Of a stretch of DNA of 64,000 bases, positions 47,968-59,044 are shown piece after piece (the first letter of the stretch is position 1; each line of letters starts with the position of its first letter). This DNA is from an uncultured Actinomycetes bacterium (lineage in GTDB: Bacteria; Actinomycetota; Thermoleophilia; UBA2241). The stretch lies in contig CAVRZA010000004.1 in NCBI GenBank assembly GCA_963725665.1, positions 589,834 through 653,833 on the forward strand. The letters are read 5' to 3'. The notes under the pieces were generated by a model that made no database searches, had not been told where the DNA came from, and saw only the letters and a program-made list of their open reading frames with translations. The translations under genes were made by a program, and so were the position numbers.

Positions 47968-48567
47968 CTAGTGCCGCTTGCGCCCGCCCTTGCGCTGCCT
48001 GCTCTTCGGATTCGACTGCGCGCGCTCGCGGTTGGGCTTCGACGGAGGTCGCGATGCGCGCGTCTGCGCGCGCCCCGCTCGCGCCGCCGCACGCTGCCGG
48101 TTGCGCTCCCGCGCCTTTTCCTCCTGCTTGGCGAGGTAGGCGGGCGAGAACAGAGTGAGGATGCCGTACGCGGCCGCGCCGGGCAGCACCAGCGATGCCA
48201 GGGCTGCGGCAAAGCGGGCGTCGCCGACGAGCGCGAGGCCAAACGCCGCGGCCGCCGTCGCCGCGAGCACGACGTAGGCCGCCCGCATCCGCTCGCGAGG
48301 CACCAGCCGGTCGCGCAGGAAGGAGGCGTTCAGCCCCAGCACGAGCATCTCGGCGCAGACGAGGGTGGCCAACACCAGCGCCGCCAGCGCAAGGGGCTTC
48401 GCGACACTGCTCGTCCAAGTCCTGGCCACGACCAGGCTGACCGTGGCGTAGCCCGTGTAGAGGGTCGTGAAGACGAGCGCGGCCACGAGCACGCCACGGG
48501 CCAGGGTGCCCGTCCGACGCTGCGAGCCGCGGCCGGTCCCGCTCGGTTGCTGCTCCGTGGGTGTCAC
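47968..48567 (-). CDS. Hypothetical membrane protein (about 4 TM, basic tail)
   Basis: GTG start overlapping the stop of the upstream mini-ORF; hydrophobic helices. Confidence 0.65.
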   Translation of the reverse strand: MTPTEQQPSGTGRGSQRRTGTLARGVLVAALVFTTLYTGYATVSLVVARTWTSSVAKPLALAALVLATLVCAEMLVLGLNASFLRDRLVPRERMRAAYVVLAATAAAAFGLALVGDARFAAALASLVLPGAAAYGILTLFSPAYLAKQEEKARERNRQRAAARAGRAQTRASRPPSKPNRERAQSNPKSRQRKGGRKRH

Positions 48568-48662
48568 GTCGGCTTGGTGAACCTCCTGGCGAGCCACCAC
48601 ACGGCCACGCCGAGAGCCACCGAGACGGTGGCAAAGAGCAGCGTCTTGATCAAGAAGCGCAT
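48564..48662 (-). CDS. 32-aa single-TM small protein MRFLIKTLLFATVSVALGVAVWWLARRFTKPT
   Basis: GGGAGAGG RBS at the end of gcvPB; GTGA overlap with the next gene; below the ORF-track cutoff. Confidence 0.6.
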   Translation of the reverse strand: MRFLIKTLLFATVSVALGVAVWWLARRFTKPT

Positions 48663-48666
48663 CACG

Positions 48667-50232
48667 TCAATCCTCTCCCTTGATCTTGCGCCTGTAGGCG
48701 CGGTAGGTCATGGCCCACTTGGCCGGGTCCTCGACCGCCTCGATGCCCTTCATGCGCGCGATGGGTTGGCTGTGCGGTGCCGTCTTCACCGTCTGCGGGT
48801 CCTCGTAGGCTTCCTTCGACACCCGGCGGGCGGTCTCGCACCAGTAGTCCAGGTCCTCCTTCGAGTACGTCTCGCACGGCTCGGGGGTGAACGGCTCGGG
48901 CACGATGACGGGGTGATGGCTGAGCCACACGCTCTGCACGCCGAAGTCGACCTGGCGATCCTGGAAGTCGTGGCAGGTGACGCCGGTCTCCTCGGTCATC
49001 TGCTCGATACTGTAGCGCACCTGGTCGAGACGCCGCTTCTCGGTGTACGGCATGGAGACGCCGCGCACGGCGAGCAGTTGCTTCATCATGTAGTTGTTGT
49101 TGAGCACCGACACCTCGGACGCCTCGCGGAGGCCCCGAGGGCCCAGCGAGAGGCACCAGGCCCAGGAGCGCAGGATCACCGGCAGGTTGCCGTAGAACTC
49201 GCGCACCCGGCCGATGCTCTGCGGGCGCTCGTAGTCGAGGTGGTAGGCCGCCCCGTCGAACGTCACCACCGGTACGGGCAGGAACGGCGCCAGCCGGTCG
49301 CTGCAGCAGTAGGCGCCCGTGGCCGGGCCGGCGCAGGCGTGCGGGCTCGAGAACGTCTTGTGCAGGTTGAAGTGGCAGCCGTCGAAGCCGGCGTCGCGCG
49401 CCCGCGCGATGCCCAGGACGGCGTTGGCGTTGGCTTGGTCGGTGAAGGCGAGCCCGCCGGCGTCGTGCACGACCTCGACGAACTTGTCGATGTTCGGGTT
49501 GTAGATGCCGGTGTCCTCGGGGTTGGTGATCATGATGCCGGCCGTGCGCTCGCCGACCGCGGCCTTCAGGGCGTCGAGGGGCGGATAGCCCTTCTCGTCG
49601 GGACGCAGGGTGACGACCTTGAAGCCGGCGGTCGCGGGCGCGGCGGCATCACAGGGGTGCGAGAAGATCGTCGTGATCATCTCGTCACGCTGGGCCAGCT
49701 CGCCGCGGGCGGCGTGGTAGGCGCGCACCACGCAGGCGTTGGTGTAGGCGGCCTGCGCGCCGCCGCCGCCCTGCAGCGTGACCTCGTCCATGCCCGAGAT
49801 GGCGCACAGCATGCTGCGAAACTCGTAGTAGACCTGCAGGGCGCCTTGCAGGGTCTCCTCGTCCTGCAACGGGTGCACCTCCGCCATCTGCGGCATCCGG
49901 CAGAGGTCCTCGTGCGCCTTGGGGCTGTACTTCATCGTGCACGTGCCCTCGCTGATGTCGCTGCCGAGGTCCATGCCCATGGTCTGCTGCGAGAGGCGCA
50001 GGTAGTGTCGCAGGGCCTGGTGCTGGCTGATCTCGGGGAGGGCGGGGGTGTCGGCGCGGCGCGCCGACTCGGGCACGAAGGCGGCCGAGTCGGCGCCCAC
50101 GGCCGCCTCGACCTCGTCTTCGGCGAGCGGCACGAAGATGCCACGCTCGCCGGGCACGGTCATGTCCATCACGAGCGGCTCGTCCCAGCGTGCCGCGCGG
50201 TAGCCTCTCAACTTCACGTCGCCCATGGTCAC
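48667..50232 (-). CDS. gcvPB: Glycine dehydrogenase subunit 2-like protein (divergent)
   Basis: 'GTCTMKYSPK', 'MITNPEDTGIY', PLP lysine in 'HFNLHKTFSSPH', 'TPEPCET'. Confidence 0.88.
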   Translation of the reverse strand: MTMGDVKLRGYRAARWDEPLVMDMTVPGERGIFVPLAEDEVEAAVGADSAAFVPESARRADTPALPEISQHQALRHYLRLSQQTMGMDLGSDISEGTCTMKYSPKAHEDLCRMPQMAEVHPLQDEETLQGALQVYYEFRSMLCAISGMDEVTLQGGGGAQAAYTNACVVRAYHAARGELAQRDEMITTIFSHPCDAAAPATAGFKVVTLRPDEKGYPPLDALKAAVGERTAGIMITNPEDTGIYNPNIDKFVEVVHDAGGLAFTDQANANAVLGIARARDAGFDGCHFNLHKTFSSPHACAGPATGAYCCSDRLAPFLPVPVVTFDGAAYHLDYERPQSIGRVREFYGNLPVILRSWAWCLSLGPRGLREASEVSVLNNNYMMKQLLAVRGVSMPYTEKRRLDQVRYSIEQMTEETGVTCHDFQDRQVDFGVQSVWLSHHPVIVPEPFTPEPCETYSKEDLDYWCETARRVSKEAYEDPQTVKTAPHSQPIARMKGIEAVEDPAKWAMTYRAYRRKIKGED

Positions 50233-51663
50233 GCCTCCTTGCCCGCGCTCGCGGCTGGTCGGAGCGCTTCACCGAGCGCGGCGGCGAGCCGGTCGATGTC
50301 CGCCTTCGTGTGGACCTCGGTCACGCAGACCAGCATGCTCTGCCCCAGCGCGGGGAACTGCCGCGAGAGGTCGTAGCCGCCGAAGATCTTCTGCTCGCGC
50401 AGCCTGGCGTTGACGGCGGCGACGGTCGTCCCCGCACCGTCGAGGTTCACCACGAACTCCTTGAAGAACCCCGGCCCGAAGAGCTGCTTGACACCCGGGA
50501 TGGCGGCGAGCCGTCCGGCGGCGTAGTGGGAACGCTTGAGGATCGTGTCGCCGAGCTCCCAGAAGCCCTTGGGCCCCATGAGGCTCATGTACACGGCGGC
50601 CGCGATCGTCCACAGGCCGGCGCTGGTGCCGACCCAGTCACGGCCCTGGTCGCGCAGGCCGTAACTCGTGCGCTCCTCCATGACCTCGGCGAAGGCGTAC
50701 TCGCCCTCGCGCTCGGTCTCGAGCACCGTGAAGAGGAGCAGCGGGCACTCGCCGCAGTAGACCGGGTCGTCGCGGAAGGCCATGTAGCCGCCCAGGCCGC
50801 CGCCACAGCTCAAATGCATGCCCAGGGGCTGGATAGGCCCGATGGCGATGTCGGCGTCGTATGAGCCCGGCGCGGCCAGCACGCCGAGCGAGATGGGATC
50901 GGCGCCGACGATGAAGAGCGCACCGGCCTCGTGAGCCATGGCGGCGATCTCGGCGCAGCGGCTCTCGATGGTGCCGAGGAAGCTGGGCGTCTCGATGTAG
51001 ACCGCGGCCGTATCGTCGGAGAGCTTGGCGCGCAGGTCGTCGAGGTCGATCTCGCCGCTCGCGGCGTCGTAGGCGACGGTCTCGAGAGCGATGTGCGCCG
51101 CCATCTCCGGCGGCGGGCACATCGTGCGGGCGACGGTCAACCGCTCGGGTCCCGTCGTGGCCGCGCACAGGACGTGCCGCCGGCCCGTGATGCGCGTCGC
51201 CATGCGCAGGGCCAGCCCGAGCACCGTGCCCCAGTCGTAGAAGGGCATGGTGACGACGTCGAAGTCGACGAGCTCGGCGAGCTGGCTGGCGAACTCCCAC
51301 TTGGCCTGCCACTTGCCCTGGTCGGTGTAGTACATGCCGTCGTAGGCGGAGAGCAGCTCGGCCCTGTTGACCACCTCGTCGACCGCCGCCGGCACGTGGT
51401 GCTGCCATACGCCGGCGCCGAGGAACGAGAGGTACTCGTCGCAGTCGGCGTTCTTGCGCAGCACCGACCTTGCCGTGCCGCTTGAGCTCGGCCTCCGAGT
51501 GGATCGGTCCGGGGATGTCGAGCAGACCCTTGAAGCGCAGGTGATCGGGGATCGGCTCGTAGATGTCGAGCGCGTCCTTCTTGCCGATCTCGCGCAGCAT
51601 CGCCTCCTTGGTCTCCGGGACCGCGTTGGGGATGTAGGGATGGACGAAGTAGTCCTCACTCAT
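50229..51663 (-). CDS. gcvPA: Glycine dehydrogenase subunit 1-like protein (divergent), frameshift near 51470
   Basis: 'HPYIPN', 'SFLGAGVWQHHVPA', 'DPISLGVLAAPG', 'QPLGMHLSCGG', 'FFKEFVV', 'VCVTEVHT'. Confidence 0.88.
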
Positions 51664-51785
51664 CTCACGTCGTCAGCTCCTTTGCTCCCGGCCGTCGCTA
51701 GCCGCCGGGCCCGTGGTCGTCGTGTACGTGTCGCTGCTCGTCGGTCGGCCGGTGGTGCCGTACCGCGCCGGCCGCGCGGCGGTCT

Positions 51786-52577
51786 TCAGTCGTAGCCGTA
51801 TCCCGCGCTGGTGCCGAAGTCGATGCTGATGAGCGCCCCGGTGATCGGCGCCGCGAGCGGCGAGGCGAGGTAGGCGATGAGCGACGCGACCTCCTCAGGG
51901 CGGATGAAGCGCGCCTGGTCTCGTTGCGGGTAGCCGGCCAGCAGGCGGCCGAAGTAGCCGTCGGCGTCGCCGCCGCCGAAGTCGCGCGCCTGGCCCTCGA
52001 GCATCGGCGTCATGACGTCGGCGGGGCAGACGGCGTTGACGCGCACCAGGTCGGCGGCGAGCTCGAGGGCGAGCGACTTGGTCAGCAGGCTGACCCCACC
52101 CTTGGAGGCCGTGTAGATCGCCGTCTCGGGCGTGCCTACGACGCCGGCATCGGAGCTCAGGTTGACGATGCAGCCCTGCGTCTTCTTGAGCTCGGGTATG
52201 GCGTAGCGGCAGCAGAAGAAGGTGCCTTTGAGGTTGACGTCGACGGTGCGGTCCCACTGCTCCTCCGTCATCGTCTCGCTTGGCCCCTCCACCCAGACGC
52301 CGGCTGCGTTGATGAGGATGTCGAGGCGGCCGGCCAGCTCCACGGCGGCGTCGACGAGGCGCTCGCAATCGGCGGGACGCGTGACGTCGGCGACGACGCC
52401 GTGCGCGGGCCGGCCGCCTCGCGCCAGGTCGTCGACCGCCTCGCGCAAGGTCGCCTCGTTCACGTCGCCCAGGACGACGGCGGCGCCCTCATCGAGGAGC
52501 GCGGCCGCGCTGGCCCTGCCGATACCGCCGGCGCCGCCCGTCACCACCGCCACCGTGCCGTCGAGATCGAGCTTCAT
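51786..52577 (-). CDS. SDR family oxidoreductase
   Basis: 'TGGAGGIG', 'INAAG', 'YTASK', 'RVNAVCP'. Confidence 0.92.
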   Translation of the reverse strand: MKLDLDGTVAVVTGGAGGIGRASAAALLDEGAAVVLGDVNEATLREAVDDLARGGRPAHGVVADVTRPADCERLVDAAVELAGRLDILINAAGVWVEGPSETMTEEQWDRTVDVNLKGTFFCCRYAIPELKKTQGCIVNLSSDAGVVGTPETAIYTASKGGVSLLTKSLALELAADLVRVNAVCPADVMTPMLEGQARDFGGGDADGYFGRLLAGYPQRDQARFIRPEEVASLIAYLASPLAAPITGALISIDFGTSAGYGYD

Positions 52578-52603
52578 GGGCCTCATGCCCCCTGTGCAAA
52601 GGC

Positions 52604-52631
52604 TGAATGGTCGTTCACTTTCGCAAGCATA
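52604..52631 (-). promoter_or_regulatory. Putative promoter (-10 TATGCT) with palindromic operator TGAACGACCATTCA
   Basis: Imperfect palindrome at 52604-52617 just downstream of the -10 box on the minus strand. Confidence 0.45.
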
Positions 52632-52687
52632 CCGTGACGAGGAGCGCCGGCGGAAGGGAGCCGGCGCGGCCCTCCACAGGCCGTGGG

Positions 52688-53465
52688 TCAGTAGTAGAGC
52701 TCGCTCGGGCCCTTGTACTCCTGGATCGTGTTGCCGCCGTCGATGACGACGAGCTGGCCGGTGATGTAGCTGGCGTCGTCGGACGCGAGGAAGGCGATCA
52801 GCTTGCCCACTTCCTCCGGCGTCGCGGCGCGCCCCAGCGGCGTGTTGAGGGCGCCGGCCCGCTCGCCGTCGCTGGAGGACCCGGTGTCGATCCACCCCGG
52901 CCCGACGGCGTTGACGGTGATGCCGTGCTTGGCCACGTCGAGCGCCAGGCCGCGCGTCATGCCCAGCACGCCCGCCTTGGCGGCGCAGTACACGGACTCG
53001 TCAGGATTGGCCACGTTGGGCCCGGTGACCGACGAGACGTTGACGATGCGCCCGTAGTGACGCTCGATCATGTGGTTGATGATGGCCCGCGTGACGAGGA
53101 ACTGGCTCTTGAGGTTGATGGCGATGCCGAAGTCCCAGCTCTCCTCGGTGAGCTTCCGGGAACGCGACGAGGTGCCCTTTCTGCCCGAAGACGACCATGC
53201 CGGCGTTGTTCACCAGCAGGTCGATGCGCCCGTGGTGGGCGAGAGCCTCGCCGACCACACGCTCGACCTTCGCGCTTCGTCAGGTCGGCCGTGTGCGACG
53301 AGACGGTGTGGCCTTTGGCGCGCAGGGCCGTGGCACACTCGTGGACCTTGTCGGAGATGTCGACGATGGCGACAGCGGCGCCCTCGTCGCCGAAGACGCC
53401 GGCCGTGGCGAAGCCGATGCTGTTCATCTTGGCGACGCCGGTGATGAATGCCACTTTGCCCTCGA
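52688..53465 (-). CDS. SDR family oxidoreductase (UcpA/FabG-like), frameshifted, 5' end cut at the junction
   Basis: 'EGKVAFITG', 'LVNNAG', 'IVNVSSVTGP', 'YCAAK', 'ITGQLVVIDGG'. Confidence 0.85.
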
Positions 53466-53466
53466 C
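53465..53466. other. Chimeric junction between high-GC and low-GC genomes
   Basis: Abrupt GC drop; both flanking genes are cut exactly here. Confidence 0.9.
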
Positions 53467-53605
53467 TGCTTTATAGCGATGGAACGCAACGCTATCCTAC
53501 GCGAATAAATAGCCACCGTTTTTAGATGAAGTTCCGTACAAGCACGGAATATCGAATGGCAATCTCCCCTCTGTTTGCGACTAACACTTTGTTAATTTGT
53601 TTCAT
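53466..53605 (-). CDS. pyc: Pyruvate carboxylase, N-terminal fragment
   Basis: 'MKQINKVLVANRGEIAIR..RACTELHLKTVAIYS...HRYKA' (with indels); follows ftsW as in Bacillales. Confidence 0.85.
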
Positions 53606-53620
53606 TTTTCCTCAACTCCC

Positions 53621-54793
53621 TTATAAAAGCTTTTTTTCTCTCTTATAGTACATGGAAACATTGATTAATATCCCCATTGCTAAAGAAAGCATTAATAAGA
53701 AGTACCGCCATAGCTTATAAAAGGTAGCGTTACTCCGGTTAACGGGATAATTCCCGATACACCACCAAGGTTTACAAAAGTCTGAAAGCCTATCCAACTA
53801 CCAATACCACCTGCAATCATACGTGCAAGTGGATCTTCGTTGTCATTGCAATATAGAAACTACGCAAAACGATAATTCCGATACCAACAATGACAATCAC
53901 CACCCCAAAAATACCCAATTCCTCCGCAATAATTGCCATTATAAAGTCATTTGCGGCTCCGGTAAATAGCCGAGCTTTTGCACTGATTGACCGAGTCCTA
54001 CTCCTTCTAGACCGCCTTGCCCAATGGCTAAATAACCATTAATAATTTGATAACCTGATCCCTGTTCATATTCAAACGGATTAGCCCATACTTGAAAGCG
54101 CCCCAAACGGCTTGCATTTAAAATAGAGTCAGATTTAAACAGCACTAATGCACCAGCTAATATACCACCAAATGCACTTAACAACGCAAAAAATCGAAAT
54201 AAAGATTTTCCGCGAATACCACTTAAAAATACAACGGAAATGGCAATCATAAAAATAATAACAAATGCCCCTAGGTCCGTTTCTAAACCGACACTTAATA
54301 AAATAATTAACCATATCGCAATTGGATAGCCGATATCATTTGGCTTTACATATTGAATGGACTTTTCTTTTAAACTCTTTTTATAAAACGAACCTGCTAT
54401 ATAAAGAATAACGAACGGGTTGCGATTCTGAAGGCTGAAATGATACGCCGAATAGATTAATCCAACTTTGGGAACCTGTTTCCTCGCGACCAATCCCAGC
54501 AAAATTCACCCATAAAAGTAAAATTGCCATCATGAGCATACCAACAAGCATAATAAATTTATTACTGTAATGTTTATAGGGGAAAAATGCTCCGATACAA
54601 AAAGCAAGCGCACCAATTATTAAGTTTGTTACCTGCTTTCGGTAAAAATAATCCGGTGTGCCATCCTCATAAACAATACCAACCATCATACTCGCACTAT
54701 AAATCATAACTAATCCAAATAGACATAAAAAAACATATGTAAAAAATAGGGATAATCAAAATTTCTAACATAATTTGCAATATATTTTTTCAT
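53621..54793 (-). CDS. ftsW: FtsW/RodA (SEDS) protein, frameshifted
   Basis: 'GSQSWINL..SFQPSE', 'DLGA', 'GYQIINGYLAIG.GG..GVGLGQS.QKLGYLPEP'. Confidence 0.9.
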
Positions 54794-54856
54794 TTTTCAA
54801 AACCTCTTTTTAGAAAAAAAACTCAAATCGCAATCGTGCGTTTTGAGTTCTTTCTG

Positions 54857-55139
54857 TTATTTGTTTGTATATGCATCATGTAACAATGATAGCTCTTTTT
54901 CTAAAGTATCTAAGAATTTCCTTTCCTTGTTCACGTCATTAAACCTAGCTTTACAGCAAAATCAATTTCACGCGACAAGCCAAACATTTGTGTATCAAGC
55001 ACTTCTTCATATAAAGGACAGGACGGCATCGTTAAATGGTCCATCTGTACTTTAATTAATTGAGCAATTTTATCCTGCATCAGCATGTAATAGCTCTAAT
55101 CGCTTTCTCCTGAAAGGAAGCTTGTGATTTCGTATCCAT
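54857..55139 (-). CDS. ylaN: YlaN family protein, frameshifted
   Basis: Manual translation '[40 protein letters not shown]'. Confidence 0.88.
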
Positions 55140-55316
55140 GAGGACGCCCCCATTTATTTGATATTTCTTCGTATTCTATCTTAATAAAGTTTATCTTTTC
55201 AAGGATAAAAATGCAAGTGTCATTACATATAGTTATGAATTTCATTTTATTATATTTCTTATTTTATCAAGTAGACGGTATACTGTAATAGATATATTAT
55301 AGAGGGAGGATTTTAG

Positions 55317-55816
55317 ATGGAACTCAATTATTCCAATTACAGGTGCTGTTACATATAAATTAACATTGATCCAACTGTTTGGATTTTTGATGACCGTCGC
55401 TTAGACTTAACAACTTATTTTGAACAGAAAAAGAACCTGATAGATTAGACGAAAAATATTTAGCGGATGTGGCACACATTGGTCACGTGAAATTATGGAA
55501 GGTGCAGTATTCCCTCCAACATTAAAAACGGAACGAAAATTTGACCGTCAAGGAATGAAAACAGGAACATTCGGTATGGAAATTAAACCGTTTTTAAAAA
55601 ATGCTGAAATTAAGATCGATGCGACTGAAGTGGTGTTTGAGTCGTGCTGATGGATCAGAACATACCTTTTCAATCGAAGAAGCAAATACACTTATTTTCA
55701 AATTTAGCCAAGACGGCAAACCGCTTTCAGAAGGCGGACCTGTTCATTTATTATTAGGCGACGGCTCAAACGTAGACAATCCAATTAAAAATATCATCGC
55801 AATTCGCGTAGAGTAG
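55317..55816 (+). CDS. Conserved Bacillales hypothetical protein, frameshifted
   Basis: GGAGG RBS; 'IPITGAVTYKLTLDPTVWIFDDRR'...'FSQDGKPLSEGGPVH'. Confidence 0.7.
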
Positions 55817-55826
55817 GAGGAATATC

Positions 55827-56030
55827 ATGCGCGTCAAATGTGTTATTTGTGATTCAATCACAATTACTTGACGATGATTTACCACTTAGCGAAAAAATTA
55901 CGCAATCGTCCAATCCATACTTATATGTGTGATTCATGTAATGAACGGATCGCTAAAAACACAGAGAACGAATCGCTACAGGAAAGTTTAAATTTTCCGT
56001 ACATCTTCAAAAATTGATGAAGAATTTTAA
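55827..56030 (+). CDS. ylaI: YlaI family zinc-ribbon-like protein, frameshifted
   Basis: 'MRVKCVICD...[16 protein letters not shown]'. Confidence 0.8.
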
Positions 56031-56100
56031 TTATGTAAAAATCCTTGAACACACAAAATTGTGTCAAGGATTTTTTGTTCTAAAGCGAGTACTCTCCTAT

Positions 56101-56893
56101 TTACATTTTTCACCAATTTTTTTTCAAGCAATTCAACTAGTTGATACATGATTGTCGCAAAAATTGCGATGACGAGCAATGACAATAATACAAGATTGAA
56201 GTTAAACACTTGGAAACCATAAATGATTAAGTATCCTATCCTTGTGATGATACAAGGAACTCACCGACAATTACCCCTACCCACGATAAGCCTACATTCA
56301 CCTTCAATGTTGAAATGATCGTTGGAAATGAAGCAGGTAAAATCGGCCTCTTTAAACATTTGACATCGCGTAGCATTAAATGTTTGTAATACTTTCAAAT
56401 AGTTTGTATCAACCGTTTAAATGCGGTATAAATCACAATAGTGGATATAATTACCGAAATAATGCTCCCATTGTGATGATTGAACTCATTCCCGGTCCCA
56501 TTACAACAATTAAAATTGGACCAAGCGCTACTTTAGGCATCGCATTTAATACAACTAAATAGGGATCCAATACTTTTGATAGAAATGGCGACCACCATAG
56601 AATTGCCGCTAAAATCGTTCCTACTAATGTCCCCAAAATAAAACCAAGTACCGTTTCAAACATCGTCGTACTAATATGTGGCAATAATGTGCCGTCATTT
56701 CAACTTTTCAATAAATAGTACCCAAATTTTTGATGGTGAACTAAAAATGAGCTGATCAATCCATTTCAAGTTGGAAGCGATCTTCCCACATTCTAATAAA
56801 ACTAACTAAAATTAATAGTTGAAAAAAACGAATCCATCGCTTTTCTTTTATTAACGATTGTTTAAATTGTTCATGAAGTATTTTGCTGTTCAA
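56101..56893 (-). CDS. NitT/TauT ABC permease, frameshifted
   Basis: '[18 protein letters not shown]', 'FNFNLV'. Confidence 0.85.
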
Positions 56894-57653
56894 GGCTTTC
56901 AAGCTCCTTCCAAATCGTTTGGAAAAGCGAGGAATAGCTTGAATGGGCACGAGCTTCAAAAGGTGTTAACTGTTTTAACTCTTCCGGTACTTCAAACGTT
57001 TTATATAGCTTTACCCGGTCTAGCGGAAAATAACAAAATTCGATCACTCATCGCAATTGCTTCACCGATATCATGTGTGACAAGATACGCTGTTTTACCA
57101 TACTCTTTTAGCTTTGTGAAACTAAGTCTTCCAGCTTTAACTTCGATTGATAATCAAGTGCTGAAAACGGTTCATCGAGTAACAAAATTTTAGGATCTAC
57201 AGCTAACGTTCTCGCTAATGCTACCCGCTGTCTCATACCACCTGATAATTCTCTTGGAAACTTTTTCTCGATATTAGGTAACCCTACAGCATTTAATAGT
57301 CTTGTCGTAATATGTTGTGCATGTTCTTGATCCTTTTTTTAAATATTCAGTCCAAGCATGATATTTTGTTCAATTGTTTTCCAGGGAAATAAATAATCTT
57401 GTTGTAGCATATAACCAATGGATAAATGATCGTTCCCATAAACCGGTTGCCCCTCAATTAATACCGTTCCACTTGTCGGTTGAAACAATCCTGCTATAAT
57501 CGATAAAAGCGTTGTCTTACCGCAACCACTAGGACCTATAAAGGAAATAAACTCCCCTTTATTTATCGATATATGAATATTTTTTAACGCTTCCGTCGCT
57601 GCTTCCCTTGAAAAATACGTATGATGTACATCGTGAACCGTTAAAAACTCCAT
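56871..57653 (-). CDS. NitT/TauT ABC ATP-binding protein, frameshifted
   Basis: 'GPSGCGKT', 'LQQDYLFPW', LSGGMRQR visible at about 57240. Confidence 0.88.
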
Positions 57654-57654
57654 A

Positions 57655-58650
57655 TTACTTCGTTACTTTCTCTGCAAATGAAGTATCTACAAGCTCTTGG
57701 TAGTCCATTCTTCTAGGTAATTCTCCCGCTTCTTCCATTACATCTTGCAAGTTATTCCATTCTTCCTCGTCTAATATTGGATCTTTCGCAAAAGACTCTT
57801 GTGCTCGGTATCGTTCTACAACCGTTGCGATTAATTCTACTTCTGTATCTTCAAAGAATGGCTGAATCGCCTTTGCTACATCCTCTGCACTATTTGCATA
57901 TACCCAATCTTGTGCTTTTTTAATAGCACGCGTAAATTTCTCTACAGTTTCTGGATCACTGTCAATGAAGCTCGCTTTCGTCATAAATGTTGTATATGGT
58001 AAGTGACCAGACTCTGTTCCGAATGAAGCAACGATATGACCAACACCCTCTTTTTCAAATACGCTTGCAGTTGGCTCAAATAATTGAACGAAATCTCCAG
58101 TACCTGATGCAAAGGCAGTTGAAATGTTCGCAAAGTCAATATTTTGGATAAGTTCTAAATCATTATGTGGATCGATACTATGTTTTTTTAATACGAATTC
58201 TCCCGCCATTTGTGGCATGCCGCCTTTACGTTGTCCTAGGAAAGTAGAATCTTTTAACATATCCCAAGAGAAATTGTCAATTTTCTCACGAGATACTAAA
58301 AATGTTCCGTCTGTTTGTGTAAGCTGAGCAAAGTTTTTGATTGGGTCATTGGCACCTTGAGCTGTAACATAGATCGATGTTTCAGAGCCAACTAACGCTA
58401 CGTCGATACCGCCGGATAATAGAGCTGTCATCGTTTTATCGCCACCAGGAATGGTCGATAATTCAACCTTTAGTCCTTCCTCTTCAAAAAAGCCTTTCTC
58501 AATAGCTACGTATTGTGGCGCATAAAAGATGGAACGTGTTACTTCACCAACCTTTACCTCTTGTAGCTCTTCCTTGCCACATGATGCAAGAATGAGAAGT
58601 ACCATACATGTTAATACAGCTAAAAAACTTGATTTCACCCATCTTTTCAT
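57655..58650 (-). CDS. NitT/TauT (YtlA-like) substrate-binding lipoprotein
   Basis: Lipobox 'LASC', 'EVTRSIFYAPQYVA', 'GQRKGGMP'. Confidence 0.9.
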   Translation of the reverse strand: MKRWVKSSFLAVLTCMVLLILASCGKEELQEVKVGEVTRSIFYAPQYVAIEKGFFEEEGLKVELSTIPGGDKTMTALLSGGIDVALVGSETSIYVTAQGANDPIKNFAQLTQTDGTFLVSREKIDNFSWDMLKDSTFLGQRKGGMPQMAGEFVLKKHSIDPHNDLELIQNIDFANISTAFASGTGDFVQLFEPTASVFEKEGVGHIVASFGTESGHLPYTTFMTKASFIDSDPETVEKFTRAIKKAQDWVYANSAEDVAKAIQPFFEDTEVELIATVVERYRAQESFAKDPILDEEEWNNLQDVMEEAGELPRRMDYQELVDTSFAEKVTK

Positions 58651-58809
58651 CGCTATCCTCCTCTAAATAATGCATTATTTTTCCTAGAGTAGGTTATGCG
58701 AAATTTCAAAAAGGGTGAATTTATAAAGAAATGGCGATTGTTTCTTATGTAACTTATAATGAGCAAATTTAAAAACAATTATTTCCATAGTCAAATATTA
58801 GTCAAGTCT

Positions 58810-58903
58810 GTAGCCTTCGCGCTTTGCCACAGCCAGAGCAGAGAACTAGCGTTGGAAAGACACGCTATTTCCTACCCTGGCTCCTGTGGCTGTGCCGCGC
58901 TAC
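58810..58903. repeat. GC-rich rod-like hairpin element
   Basis: gtagc/gctac, gccacag/ctgtggc, ccag/ctgg and tagcgt/acgcta nested stems in AT-rich intergenic DNA. Confidence 0.5.
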
Positions 58904-59044
58904 GGCAAAAGTGAATCCTACTTTATGCTTTAATAAGAATTCTCCTAATTCACAAAAAGTAATACTACTTGTTAAGGCGTTATATCAATTCGTTTTATCA
59001 TTGTGCCGCATTATCCAGCTGTTTTTAGTAGCACATAATATTTT

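Noticed and set aside
47506-50376. 956-aa plus-strand ORF and similar long ORFs (15244..17130, 28914..30938, 25003..26421, 20572..22164)
   Set aside because: Antisense shadows of well-supported genes, expected in high-GC DNA; no motifs
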